DNA of 64,000 nt, taken from contig CAVOGR010000001.1 in the NCBI GenBank assembly GCA_963695555.1, forward strand, positions 864,001-928,000. Reading direction: 5' to 3'. The notes below the pieces were generated by a model. It had not been told where the DNA came from and ran no database searches. It saw only the letters and a list, made by a program, of their open reading frames with translations. The DNA comes from an uncultured Gemmatimonadales bacterium. Its GTDB lineage: Bacteria > Gemmatimonadota > Gemmatimonadetes > Gemmatimonadales > GWC2-71-9. The position numbers were made by a program, and so were the translations under genes. Below, in pieces: positions 32,720-41,768 of this stretch (within the stretch, counting starts at the first letter, position 1; the number at the start of each line of letters is the position of its first letter).

Positions 32720-33285
32720 TGCGACTCTTCGCGGCCATTCCCATGCCAGCGCCCGCCCGCCGCGCGCTGCTCGGTGTGTTGGCCACGCTCGAGGGAACTC
32801 GCTGGCCGGTTCGATGGGTGGGCGAGGGGAACCTCCATCTGACTATCAAGTTCTACGGCGAAGTTCCCGAGCCCGCGGTTGCTGAGGTGAGCGCGCGATT
32901 GACCGACGCAGTTCGCGGAACGCCCGTGCTGCCGCTCCACCTCGACGGTGTCGACGCGTTTCCCGGCCTTCGCCGCCCCAAGATCATCTGGGCCGCGGTC
33001 GACGGCCCCCCAGCCCTCGAGCTGATGCAGCACCGGGTGGAGCGTGAGGCGGCAGCGGTTGGCTACCCACCCGACGGCAAGCTGTTCAGGCCCCATATCA
33101 CGTTGGGCCGGGTCAAGTCCGGTGCCGCGTTACCTCACACGGCGCCGGAGCTGCTGGACCGGATAGGATTGGATGTGGCGTTCGAAGCCGTCCAGGTCGT
33201 CTTGTTCGAGAGCCGCCTGACACGGGCCGGGGCGGAGCACACCGCGAAACTGACGCTCGACTTGGCCGGAGGGAGAGCGGCATGA
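32716..33285 (+). CDS. thpR: RNA 2',3'-cyclic phosphodiesterase (2H family)
   Basis: RLFAAI start; HLTIKF.G and PHITLGR 2H motifs; ESRL. Confidence 0.92.
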   Translation: MMRLFAAIPMPAPARRALLGVLATLEGTRWPVRWVGEGNLHLTIKFYGEVPEPAVAEVSARLTDAVRGTPVLPLHLDGVDAFPGLRRPKIIWAAVDGPPALELMQHRVEREAAAVGYPPDGKLFRPHITLGRVKSGAALPHTAPELLDRIGLDVAFEAVQVVLFESRLTRAGAEHTAKLTLDLAGGRAA

Positions 33286-33911
33286 AGGGAATCATCAAGG
33301 CGCTGGCCTTCCTGCTCGTCGTGCTGGCCGTCATCGCAGGCTGGCTCTATCGTGATCTCATCGGAGACGCGATACGACGCGCGCTCGATCCCGAACCGGT
33401 GAGCGCGGTGGGGCGTCCGGATTCGGCCTCCAGCGTCTCCGCCCTCAGAAAAGTGCGCTCGCTGGCGAGCCGGAGTGTCGATTCGGTCGTGCTCACGCCA
33501 TCGGAGACCGCGTCACTGCTCAGCGGCATGCTCGCACCCCTCGTGGGTGAGAACTTCGACTCGTTGGCCGTGGAGCTACTCGACGGGGGTATCGGGGTGA
33601 GCGGGCGGGTGCGAACCACCGGCATTCCCCGCGACATGCTGGGACCTCTGGGCTCCGTGATGCGACCATGGGAGGAACTGGCCCTTGAGGGGCCCGTTCG
33701 CTCGCTGGGCAATGGCCGGGCCGAGTGGCGGGTGGAGCGACTGTCTCTGCGCGGGTTCCCGTTCCCTCCGAACATGGTGGCCGCGATCGTGTCGCGATTG
33801 GTCGAAGGTTCGTCCGACGGGGCGCTGCCGCTGATCATTCCGGATGGCGTCGTCGATGTGACGATTCGCCCGTCGGGCCTTACGCTCCACCGGAGGGTAG
33901 ACGCGTCATGA
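33282..33911 (+). CDS. Membrane-anchored hypothetical protein
   Basis: N-terminal TM; ATGA overlaps at both ends. Confidence 0.75.
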   Translation: MKGIIKALAFLLVVLAVIAGWLYRDLIGDAIRRALDPEPVSAVGRPDSASSVSALRKVRSLASRSVDSVVLTPSETASLLSGMLAPLVGENFDSLAVELLDGGIGVSGRVRTTGIPRDMLGPLGSVMRPWEELALEGPVRSLGNGRAEWRVERLSLRGFPFPPNMVAAIVSRLVEGSSDGALPLIIPDGVVDVTIRPSGLTLHRRVDAS

Positions 33912-35284
33912 AGCACCGCGTGTTGATCGTCGATGACGAGCCCGGGATTCGCGACGCGTTGTCCCAAGTGCTGGAGTACGAGGGGCTCGACGTTCGCACG
34001 GCTGCGTCTGGCGGAGAGGGCATCACGGTCTACGAGGAGTTCAAGCCGCACCTGGTCTTCCTCGATGTCAAGATGGCCGGCCTCGATGGCCTGGAGACGC
34101 TGTCGCGCCTCAAGGCGCTGGATCACCCGGCCGAGATCGTCATGATCTCCGGTCATGGCACCATTCAGACCGCCGTGGAAGCGACGCAGCGCGGCGCATT
34201 CGATTTCCTGGAGAAGCCGCTGGATACCGACCGCACGCTGGTCACGCTGCGAAATGCGCTCTCCCACCACGACTTGGCGAAGGAAAACGTGCGGCTCCGG
34301 GAAGAGGTGCATTCCCACTACGCCATGGTGGGCGGGAGCAGGGCTCTGGGCCACGTCCACGATCTGATCGCTAAGGTGGGCCCGACTGCGGCCCGCGTGC
34401 TGATCACCGGCGAAAACGGAACTGGGAAGGAACTCGTCGCCCGAGCACTGCACGACGCCTCTCCCCGCAAGGGCAAACCCTTCGTGGAAGTCAACTGCGC
34501 CGCGATCCCGGCGGAACTCATCGAGAGCGAGCTGTTTGGCCATGTGAAGGGCTCATTCACCGGCGCTATTGCCGATCGGGCCGGCAAATTCGAACAGGCC
34601 AACGGCGGGACACTCTTTCTCGACGAGGTCGGCGACATGTCCCTCCCGGCACAGGCAAAGGTGTTGCGGGTGCTCCAGGAGGGATTGGTCACACGAATCG
34701 GCGGCTCGGAGTCCGTTTCGGTCGACGTCCGGGTCATCGCCGCGACCAACAAGGACCTCACTGCCGAGATCGCCGAAGGCCGTTTTCGAGAAGACCTCTT
34801 GTACCGGTTGAACGTGGTGGAAATCGAGGTCCCGCCGCTCAGGCAGCGGCTGGAGGATATCGACGCCTTGGTCGCCCACTTCGTGAGTCAGCTCAGCGCA
34901 AGCGCGGGCGTGCCCAAGAAAGAACTCGACGATGATGCCCTCGCCGTGCTCAAGCGCCGCTCCTGGCCAGGCAACATTCGCGAACTCAGAAACGCGGTCG
35001 AGCGGGCGCTCATTCTGGCACCGGGAAAGACGGTCACCGCGGCCGATATCGACCGTTTTCTTCCCGCGCCGTCGGGAGGGCGCGGCTCCGGTGCGCTGGG
35101 TGATCTGGTACACGGGGCGCGGTCGTTTGATGAATTCAAGCAGGATTCCGAGCACGCGTTTTTGGAAGCGAAGCTCAAGGAGCATGGCTGGAACGTGTCC
35201 GAGACGGCCCGAGCCCTCGACATGCCCCGCTCCAATCTCTACAAGAAGATCGAGCGCTTCGGCCTCACGCGGGGGCAGCCGTGA
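33908..35284 (+). CDS. Sigma-54-dependent response regulator (NtrX/NtrC-like)
   Basis: Receiver (VDDE, FLDVKM, ISGHG), GENGTGKE, GSFTGA, LFLDE, FREDL.YRL, WPGNIREL, Fis-type HTH. Confidence 0.95.
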   Translation: MKHRVLIVDDEPGIRDALSQVLEYEGLDVRTAASGGEGITVYEEFKPHLVFLDVKMAGLDGLETLSRLKALDHPAEIVMISGHGTIQTAVEATQRGAFDFLEKPLDTDRTLVTLRNALSHHDLAKENVRLREEVHSHYAMVGGSRALGHVHDLIAKVGPTAARVLITGENGTGKELVARALHDASPRKGKPFVEVNCAAIPAELIESELFGHVKGSFTGAIADRAGKFEQANGGTLFLDEVGDMSLPAQAKVLRVLQEGLVTRIGGSESVSVDVRVIAATNKDLTAEIAEGRFREDLLYRLNVVEIEVPPLRQRLEDIDALVAHFVSQLSASAGVPKKELDDDALAVLKRRSWPGNIRELRNAVERALILAPGKTVTAADIDRFLPAPSGGRGSGALGDLVHGARSFDEFKQDSEHAFLEAKLKEHGWNVSETARALDMPRSNLYKKIERFGLTRGQP

Positions 35285-35739
35285 GCGACAAATTCGAGGA
35301 GTGGGACAAGAAGCTCGCGGAGGTCGATAGGGCCATCTCGAAGCTGCCAGCCAAGAGCGCGCCGGCGGGCCCAGCGGCCGCTGCCAAGCAGCAGGGGTCG
35401 GCCCCTGCCGCCCAGCGCTCTGCGGCCCCGCCCGCCCGCGCGGCCGGCGGTTCCCTGAGCGTATGGACTCGCGTCGGTCTCACGGCCATCCTTGCGGTGG
35501 CCTTGACCCAGTGGCCCTTCGCCATGGTGTGTGGCGTGGGATTGTACGGCTACCTCGCCGCGGTCGGGGTCGTGGTCGGGTCGAGCCTCTGGGGTGCGGT
35601 CTCGACGTGGCGCCGGAGGTTGCCGAAGGCGCACATCTTGGCGTTGCTCTCGCTCCTCGCGGGGCTGACGCTTCTAGCGCTGGAGGTCCTTCCCCGGATC
35701 GGGTATGCCAGGCATGTTCAGGCGTGGACCTGCGGCTAG
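35281..35739 (+). CDS. Hypothetical membrane protein (3 TM)
   Basis: GTGA-coupled to the regulator; three hydrophobic segments. Confidence 0.75.
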   Translation: MSDKFEEWDKKLAEVDRAISKLPAKSAPAGPAAAAKQQGSAPAAQRSAAPPARAAGGSLSVWTRVGLTAILAVALTQWPFAMVCGVGLYGYLAAVGVVVGSSLWGAVSTWRRRLPKAHILALLSLLAGLTLLALEVLPRIGYARHVQAWTCG

Positions 35740-35957
35740 CCTACTCGACTGACCGTCAATGAGGACAGCGCAAATTCTCGCACGAGGTGGCATTTCGAAC
35801 ACATGACGGTGATGGGTCGTCCACCGAAGGACGGCCGCACGGTCGGTGCCGTTGCATTGCGGGTGTCGAGTGAATAAGGTTCCACATCACTCAGGACAAC
35901 AGGGACATCGATGACCTCACGCGCCGCGCCGCTCGCTCAGGATCTCCGTTCGTAATT

Positions 35958-36827
35958 ATGCGTCCCATCCAAGTCGGGTCCGGCAAGCGGCGCGCGTCCT
36001 TCGATGAGGGATCGCTCGACCAGTATCTCCGCGATATCAGCCGGTACCCGCTCATCAAACAAGAAGACGAAGTCCGGCTGGCGCAGCAGATCCGCACCGG
36101 GGATCAGGAAGCGCTCGACACGCTCGTGCGAAGTAACCTCCGGTTTGTCGTGTCGGTCGCCAAGAAATACCAGAACCAGGGTGTGTCCCTGGCGGACCTG
36201 ATCAACGAGGGCAACCTCGGGCTGATCCGCGCGGCGCGCAAGTTCGACGAGACCAAAGGCATCAAGTTCATCTCCTACGCAGTGTGGTGGATCCGCCAGG
36301 CCATTCTTCAAGCCCTCGCCGAGCAGAGCCGCATCGTCAGGGTTCCCCTGAACCGGGCCGGGACTCTCCATCGTATCGGCAAGCGCACTTCGGCCCTGCT
36401 GCAGGAGCTGGGCAGAGAGCCCACGCCCAAGGAGATCGCCGAAGGAATGGACATCTCCATGGAGGAGGTCCAGAAGACGCTCTCGATCTCTCAGAACCAC
36501 CTCTCGCTTGATGCGCCGCTGACACCGGGAGAAGACAACCGGCTGCTCGATTATCTGCCCGACACCCAGAACCCCGGTCCGGACTCGGAAACGTTCGAGC
36601 ATGCCCTGACCAATTCGATTCAAGAAGTGCTGGGTACGCTCAAGGACCGGGAGGCCAAGATTCTACGGCTCTACTTCGGGCTCGACGGCGAAGAGCCGAT
36701 GACGCTCGAGGAAATCGGGAGCCTTCTCGGCATTACCCGTGAGCGGGTGCGCCAGATCAAAGAAAAGGCACTGAGCCGCCTTCGCCACGTCAGCCGATCC
36801 CGCGCGCTCGAGAGTTTCTTGTTCTAG
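35958..36827 (+). CDS. RNA polymerase sigma factor, RpoD/SigA family (no region 1.1)
   Basis: YLRDI, NLRFVVSVAKKY, DLINEGNLGL, KFISYAVWWIRQ, TLEEIG....TRERVRQI. Confidence 0.95.
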   Translation: MRPIQVGSGKRRASFDEGSLDQYLRDISRYPLIKQEDEVRLAQQIRTGDQEALDTLVRSNLRFVVSVAKKYQNQGVSLADLINEGNLGLIRAARKFDETKGIKFISYAVWWIRQAILQALAEQSRIVRVPLNRAGTLHRIGKRTSALLQELGREPTPKEIAEGMDISMEEVQKTLSISQNHLSLDAPLTPGEDNRLLDYLPDTQNPGPDSETFEHALTNSIQEVLGTLKDREAKILRLYFGLDGEEPMTLEEIGSLLGITRERVRQIKEKALSRLRHVSRSRALESFLF

Positions 36828-36933
36828 TCCCGGTCGGCTTGCCGTCCAACCCCACGCCTCATTACTGTGCCTAGCAGCCCGGCTCGCACCCACTGGTGAG
36901 CTGGGAATTACTCCTTCGGCATCGCTACCCATC

Positions 36934-37440
36934 ATGGCTGCCAAGTCCTCCTTCGATGTTTCGACCGGCGCGGACCTCCAGGAGGTCGACAACGCCGTCA
37001 ACCAGGCTCGGAAGGAAATCCAGCAACGGTTTGACTTCCGCGGCACATCCTGCACCCTCGACTTCGATCGAGCAAAGGCGGAAGTCCAACTGGCCGCGGA
37101 CGACGAGTTCCGGATGCGCGCGCTGGTGGATGTGCTGCTGGCCAAGCTGGTCAAACGTGGCGTGCCCACCAAGAACTTGACCGTTGGCGCCTTCCAGCCC
37201 GCCACGGGGCAGTCGGTCCGGGCGACCGTGACCCTCACCCAAGGCATCCCGACCGAGACCGCCAAGCTGATCGTCAAGGCGATTCGGGACAACCCGGCGT
37301 TCAAGAAGGCACAGGCCAGCATTCAAGGCGACGAAGTGCGGGTGACCAGCCCATCACGAGACGAACTCCAGAGCGTCATCGCGTTCTTGAAGGCCGGCGA
37401 TTACGGTGTCGAACTGAGCTTCGGGAATTTCCGCAGTTGA
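36934..37440 (+). CDS. yajQ: YajQ family nucleotide / c-di-GMP-binding protein
   Basis: SFD...DLQEVDNAVNQ..KEI..RFDF, QASIQGDEVRV, NFR C-terminus. Confidence 0.93.
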   Translation: MAAKSSFDVSTGADLQEVDNAVNQARKEIQQRFDFRGTSCTLDFDRAKAEVQLAADDEFRMRALVDVLLAKLVKRGVPTKNLTVGAFQPATGQSVRATVTLTQGIPTETAKLIVKAIRDNPAFKKAQASIQGDEVRVTSPSRDELQSVIAFLKAGDYGVELSFGNFRS

Positions 37441-38816
37441 GGCCAAGACGGTGGAGGCCTGCCGCCGTATTCTCGGCGCTGGCGCTGCTCGCCGCGGTGG
37501 GGTGCACCCGCCATGCCCCGTCCGCCGAGCCCCAGCCCGAAGAGGTGGTGCCGCTCCGAGGCCGCCCGGCCCGGGCCGACACCGCCCCGGCTCCGCCTGC
37601 AGGGCCCGATCGCGCCCAACCCAGCGACGCCCCCAATCCGCCCGACACCGTGGTCAGCCTCCGCGACCTGAGGGTCGGGCTCCTGGTCGGCGTCGACCGG
37701 GTCGAGGTTGGGGGTGGCGACGCGCTGGTGGTGCTCGATGCGGACGGTGGATTCCTCGAGGCCGTCCCGGACGGGTGGACCATGCGGCTCCGGCGCGAGC
37801 ATGGCGGTGTCGCCCTGTTCGACGGCAACGGGCAACGGGTGCTGGAGCCGCGGCGGACCCTGGTACTCGCGCCTCGAACGCCTGGGCAGTTCGTCAGGCT
37901 CGACGGGAAGGAATACCGCGGCGAGCTTTGGGCATTCGCCGGCACGAGCGGGCTGACAGTGGTCAACCGCGTCGGGGTCGAATCGTACCTGGCCGGAGTG
38001 CTTTCCGCCGAGATGGGACGACGCGAGCCACGCGACCTACCCGCGCTCTTGGCCCAGGCCGTGGTGTCACGGACCTTCGCGGTGCGTAATCTGGGCAAGC
38101 GGGCGGCCGATGGGTTCGACCTGTTGCCGACGGTTGCAGATCAGATCTATGGCGGTGTGGCGAGCGAAACCGCCCAGGCCTGGGAGGCCGTCCGGCAAAC
38201 CCGCCACTTGGTCTTGACCTACCGTGGGCAAGTCATCGATCCCTTCTTTTCTTCGACGTGCGGCGGGACGACCGCAGCGGGGGTCGAGGTCTTTCGGGCG
38301 GCGGAACGACCGTACCTGCAGGCGCTGCCCGACGTGTCCCCCACGGGCGAAGCGTATTGCAGCCTGTCGCCCCGCTTTCGATGGCGGCAGCAATGGACCG
38401 GCGCGCAATTGGCCCGCATCGTCCGCCAGTCCCTTCCGGCTGTGGCCCAAGTGAGCGAGCGCGAGATCCACACCGTGCGCGACGTGGCCGTGACCGAGCA
38501 TACGCCGTCGGGACGGGTGGCCGCGATCGCGATCCGGCTCTCCGGGCGGACTGGCCCCGGGATCGAGGTTCGCGGACCCGACATTCGCCGCGTCCTCCGT
38601 CCCGCACCCGACCAGCTGTTGTTGAGCACGAAGTTCTCTCTCACTGCCGATCGCGGGACGGGATCGGTGGATCGATTGGTGGCTGACGGGGCGGGCGCGG
38701 GCCACGGTGTCGGCTTCTGCCAGTGGGGGGCCGTTGGACGTGCTCGGGCCGGCCAAGACTACGCCAAGATCCTGGCCGCATATTTTCCATCTACCGTGTT
38801 GGAGCCTCTCAACTGA
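37437..38816 (+). CDS. SpoIID/LytB lytic transglycosylase, lipoprotein
   Basis: AVGC lipobox; YRG, ESYLAGV..AEM, AQAV.SRT, QIYGG, STCGG, G.GHGVG.CQWGA. Confidence 0.92.
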   Translation: MRPRRWRPAAVFSALALLAAVGCTRHAPSAEPQPEEVVPLRGRPARADTAPAPPAGPDRAQPSDAPNPPDTVVSLRDLRVGLLVGVDRVEVGGGDALVVLDADGGFLEAVPDGWTMRLRREHGGVALFDGNGQRVLEPRRTLVLAPRTPGQFVRLDGKEYRGELWAFAGTSGLTVVNRVGVESYLAGVLSAEMGRREPRDLPALLAQAVVSRTFAVRNLGKRAADGFDLLPTVADQIYGGVASETAQAWEAVRQTRHLVLTYRGQVIDPFFSSTCGGTTAAGVEVFRAAERPYLQALPDVSPTGEAYCSLSPRFRWRQQWTGAQLARIVRQSLPAVAQVSEREIHTVRDVAVTEHTPSGRVAAIAIRLSGRTGPGIEVRGPDIRRVLRPAPDQLLLSTKFSLTADRGTGSVDRLVADGAGAGHGVGFCQWGAVGRARAGQDYAKILAAYFPSTVLEPLN

Positions 38817-39472
38817 TGCGTACCGGTCTCCGCTTCTTCATACTGATTTCGATGCTGTGCGCCGTTCCCGCGCGCGGGGCGCTGGCCCAGCAGGCTCTCG
38901 AAGGATTCTCATACGACAACCTCCGCTTCAACGGTGTCCAGGTCGAAGCGGGGGTCATCACGAGCAGCCGGCTCAAAGGAGCGGCCCAGGTCGGGCTTCG
39001 GGTCGACCTGGGGCAGTTTGCGCCGCGGGTCCGGCTCATGGCCGGCGTCTCCTATTTCCGTAGCGACTTTACGGCGCGCGAGATTGGGAAGTTCGAGTCG
39101 GCCCTGGCGGGCGTCGTGAGCGATCCCGAAGGGAACTTCACCATCGATCTCGGCCGGGTACGGTGGGGTGACGTGGCGCTCGATCTGGATTTCCAGTATC
39201 TCCTAGGGACGTGGGGCCGGTGGCAGCCGTACGTCGGTCTGGGTGTCGGTGCGCACTTCCGCAACGGATCCGGCGCGGCCATCGACGGCACCTTCGTGGA
39301 GGATGCGCTCGACAACACCAGCGCCGGCATCAACTTCACGGCCGGGTGGGATGTGGCCATTGCGCGCGGGGTGATCGTCAACATCGGAGGCCGCGGCGTG
39401 CTTGCGAGTGACGCCAGTACCCTGGGGCTTCAGGTCGGCCTCGGGTATCGTCGAACGAGGAGCGGGTCATGA
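38816..39472 (+). CDS. Small outer-membrane beta-barrel (OmpA/OmpW-like)
   Basis: Signal peptide; PYVGLGVG strand; C-terminal VGLGYR. Confidence 0.75.
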   Translation: MRTGLRFFILISMLCAVPARGALAQQALEGFSYDNLRFNGVQVEAGVITSSRLKGAAQVGLRVDLGQFAPRVRLMAGVSYFRSDFTAREIGKFESALAGVVSDPEGNFTIDLGRVRWGDVALDLDFQYLLGTWGRWQPYVGLGVGAHFRNGSGAAIDGTFVEDALDNTSAGINFTAGWDVAIARGVIVNIGGRGVLASDASTLGLQVGLGYRRTRSGS

Positions 39473-40476
39473 CCGAACGACTGCGGGTCGGGGTGATCGG
39501 TGCGGGCGCCATCGCCCAAGTCGCCCATCTGCCCACGCTCCGCCGAATGAAAGACGTGGAGGTGGCGGTCGTGTGCGATTCGGATCTCCCGAAGGCGCGC
39601 GCCGTGGCCAACCGATTCAAGATCAACGACGCCTTCGACGACATCGATGATGTGCTGCGGTATGAAGAGCTGGATGCGCTGGTCATCAGTACGCCCAACC
39701 ATTTGCATGAGTCCCACGCCATATCGGCCCTGTCGGCGGGGCTCCACGTGCTGGTCGAAAAGCCACTCGCCACCTCCATTAAGGGGGTGAACCGTGTAAT
39801 TCGCCAAGCGAAGAAGAGCGATCGCATCCTGATGGTCGGCACCAATCAGCGATACCGCCCCGATGTGGAGACCGTGCGCGGATTCGTCGAAAGCGGTGAA
39901 CTCGGCAAGGTCGATAGCGTGCGCGGGAGCTGGCACGTATTCAGGCCCAGCCGGCTGCAGCTTGGCTGGCGTATACGCCAGGAACTGGCCGGGGGCGGTG
40001 CCATGCTCGATCTCGGACTTGCCGTGCTCGACATTGGACTCTGGCTTGCGGGCAACCCGGTGCCGACCCGGGTCAGCGCGGTGCTCAACCGCCTGAGCGA
40101 ACGCTCGGTGGAGCATTCCGGTAGCGCCTTCGTGGTATGCGAGAACGGGGCATCGATCTTTCTCGACGTGACCTGGAACCACATCGGAGACGGCGAACGG
40201 TTCGGCGCCGGAGTGCGTGGCAGCAAGGGGACCGCGAGCATCAATCCGTTCGTCGTGTGGAAACAGATGCACGGTGCGCCCGTCAACGTGTCGCCGACGA
40301 CCTCCTGGGGTCGCGAGACACCGTACCAGGCATCATTCCGCGCCGAGTGGGCGCACTTCCTCGCCGCCATCCGTGGCCAGGCCAAGGCCCCGCCGCTGGA
40401 AGACCAAGTCACCTTGCACCAAGTGCTCGACGCGATCTACCAATCCGCCGAAGAGAACCGGGACATCAAGTTGTGA
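39469..40476 (+). CDS. Gfo/Idh/MocA family oxidoreductase
   Basis: GVIGAGAIA, TPNHLH, HVLVEKP, GGGAMLDLG. Confidence 0.92.
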   Translation: MTERLRVGVIGAGAIAQVAHLPTLRRMKDVEVAVVCDSDLPKARAVANRFKINDAFDDIDDVLRYEELDALVISTPNHLHESHAISALSAGLHVLVEKPLATSIKGVNRVIRQAKKSDRILMVGTNQRYRPDVETVRGFVESGELGKVDSVRGSWHVFRPSRLQLGWRIRQELAGGGAMLDLGLAVLDIGLWLAGNPVPTRVSAVLNRLSERSVEHSGSAFVVCENGASIFLDVTWNHIGDGERFGAGVRGSKGTASINPFVVWKQMHGAPVNVSPTTSWGRETPYQASFRAEWAHFLAAIRGQAKAPPLEDQVTLHQVLDAIYQSAEENRDIKL

Positions 40477-41756
40477 GGCTGCGGAGTATCCGCTGCGCCG
40501 GCCTGGCGGCCGTGGCCCTGGCGGCGCTCGGCTCGTCCGGCCACGCCCAACCGCCCGCCCCGGCGGCCGAGGATGCCGAGGCCGGTGCCGCGCTCACCGT
40601 CTACCTCATGACCATGGGGCCTGGTGCCGCGGTCTGGGAGCGGTTCGGCCACAACGCCATTTGGATCCACGATGCAGCCCAGGGAACCGACGTCGCCTAC
40701 AACTACGGATTGTTCGATTTTCGGCAGGAGCACTTCCTGTTGCACTTCGCCCAGGGCCACTTGCGGTACTGGATGGATGGCATGGACGCCGAACGGTCGG
40801 CCATGTTCTATATGCGGCAGGATCGGTCGTTGTGGGTCCAAGAACTCAATTTGACAGCCGCGCAACGCGCCGAGCTACAACGGTTTCTCGAATGGAACCG
40901 GCAGGAGCAGCACAAGTTCTACGATTACAACTATTACTGGGACAATTGCTCGACCAGAGTGCGCGATGCGCTCGACCGCGTCCTGGGCGGTGCCATCAAG
41001 ATGCAAACCGAAAGCGTCCTCACCTCAAACACCTACCGCAGCCACACCCGGCGGCTCCTCCAGGTGGACATCCCGGCCTACGTCGGCATCATGCTCGGGT
41101 TGGGCCAACGGGTCGACCGTCCCATTGCCGTATGGGAAGCGGGCTTCCTCCCGGTACAGCTCCAGGAATCGCTGAGGAACATTACGGTGAACGAAGGAGG
41201 CGAATCGAGCCCGTTGGTGCTCCGGGAGCGGACCCTGTTCGAGAGCAAGGCCCTGCCTGAGCCAACCGCGCTGCCGCGGTTCTGGCCCGGCTTCGCTCTG
41301 CTTGGCCTGGGGCTGGGCGGCGTCTTGGCCCTGCTCGGCTGGAGGGGAACGAAGGGCAAACTCGCGAGGGGCGGCTTCTTCACTATCGCCATCCTGTGGA
41401 GCGGACTGACGGGGATCGCGGGAATCATGCTGGCTTTCCTCTGGTGGTTTACCGACCACGCCACCTCCGCGGCCAACGAGAATCTGTTCCACGCCAACCC
41501 CGTGAGCCTTCTCCTGGCGGTAGCACTCGTGGCCGGAGCGCTCGGAGCCCGTCGGCCTCGGTCGGCGGTCCGGTGGCTGGCCGTCGGCGTCGCGGGCCTC
41601 TCGCTTGTTGGGGTTGTGCTCAAGGTGCTCCCCGCGATGTACCAGGTGAACGGCGACGTCATCGCACTCCTCCTGCCAGTCCACATGGGCCTCGCGCTTG
41701 GGGCATGGCACGCGCTCGGCGGCGGTTCGGCGCCCCCCGCCGGCAGTGCCGGGTAG
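40473..41756 (+). CDS. DUF4105 / Lnb-like lipoprotein N-acyltransferase
   Basis: LMTMGPG..VWERFGHNAI, YNYGLFDF, QELNL, Y.YNYYWDNCSTRVRD, FLP; about 5 C-terminal TM helices. Confidence 0.8.
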   Translation: MRLRSIRCAGLAAVALAALGSSGHAQPPAPAAEDAEAGAALTVYLMTMGPGAAVWERFGHNAIWIHDAAQGTDVAYNYGLFDFRQEHFLLHFAQGHLRYWMDGMDAERSAMFYMRQDRSLWVQELNLTAAQRAELQRFLEWNRQEQHKFYDYNYYWDNCSTRVRDALDRVLGGAIKMQTESVLTSNTYRSHTRRLLQVDIPAYVGIMLGLGQRVDRPIAVWEAGFLPVQLQESLRNITVNEGGESSPLVLRERTLFESKALPEPTALPRFWPGFALLGLGLGGVLALLGWRGTKGKLARGGFFTIAILWSGLTGIAGIMLAFLWWFTDHATSAANENLFHANPVSLLLAVALVAGALGARRPRSAVRWLAVGVAGLSLVGVVLKVLPAMYQVNGDVIALLLPVHMGLALGAWHALGGGSAPPAGSAG

Positions 41757-41768
41757 GCCACTCCGATC

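Noticed and set aside
35740..35957. 6S-like or other ncRNA upstream of the sigma gene
   Set aside because: Only short complementary segments (CTCGAC/GTCGAG, ACCGTCA/TGACGGT); I could not build a continuous rod structure.
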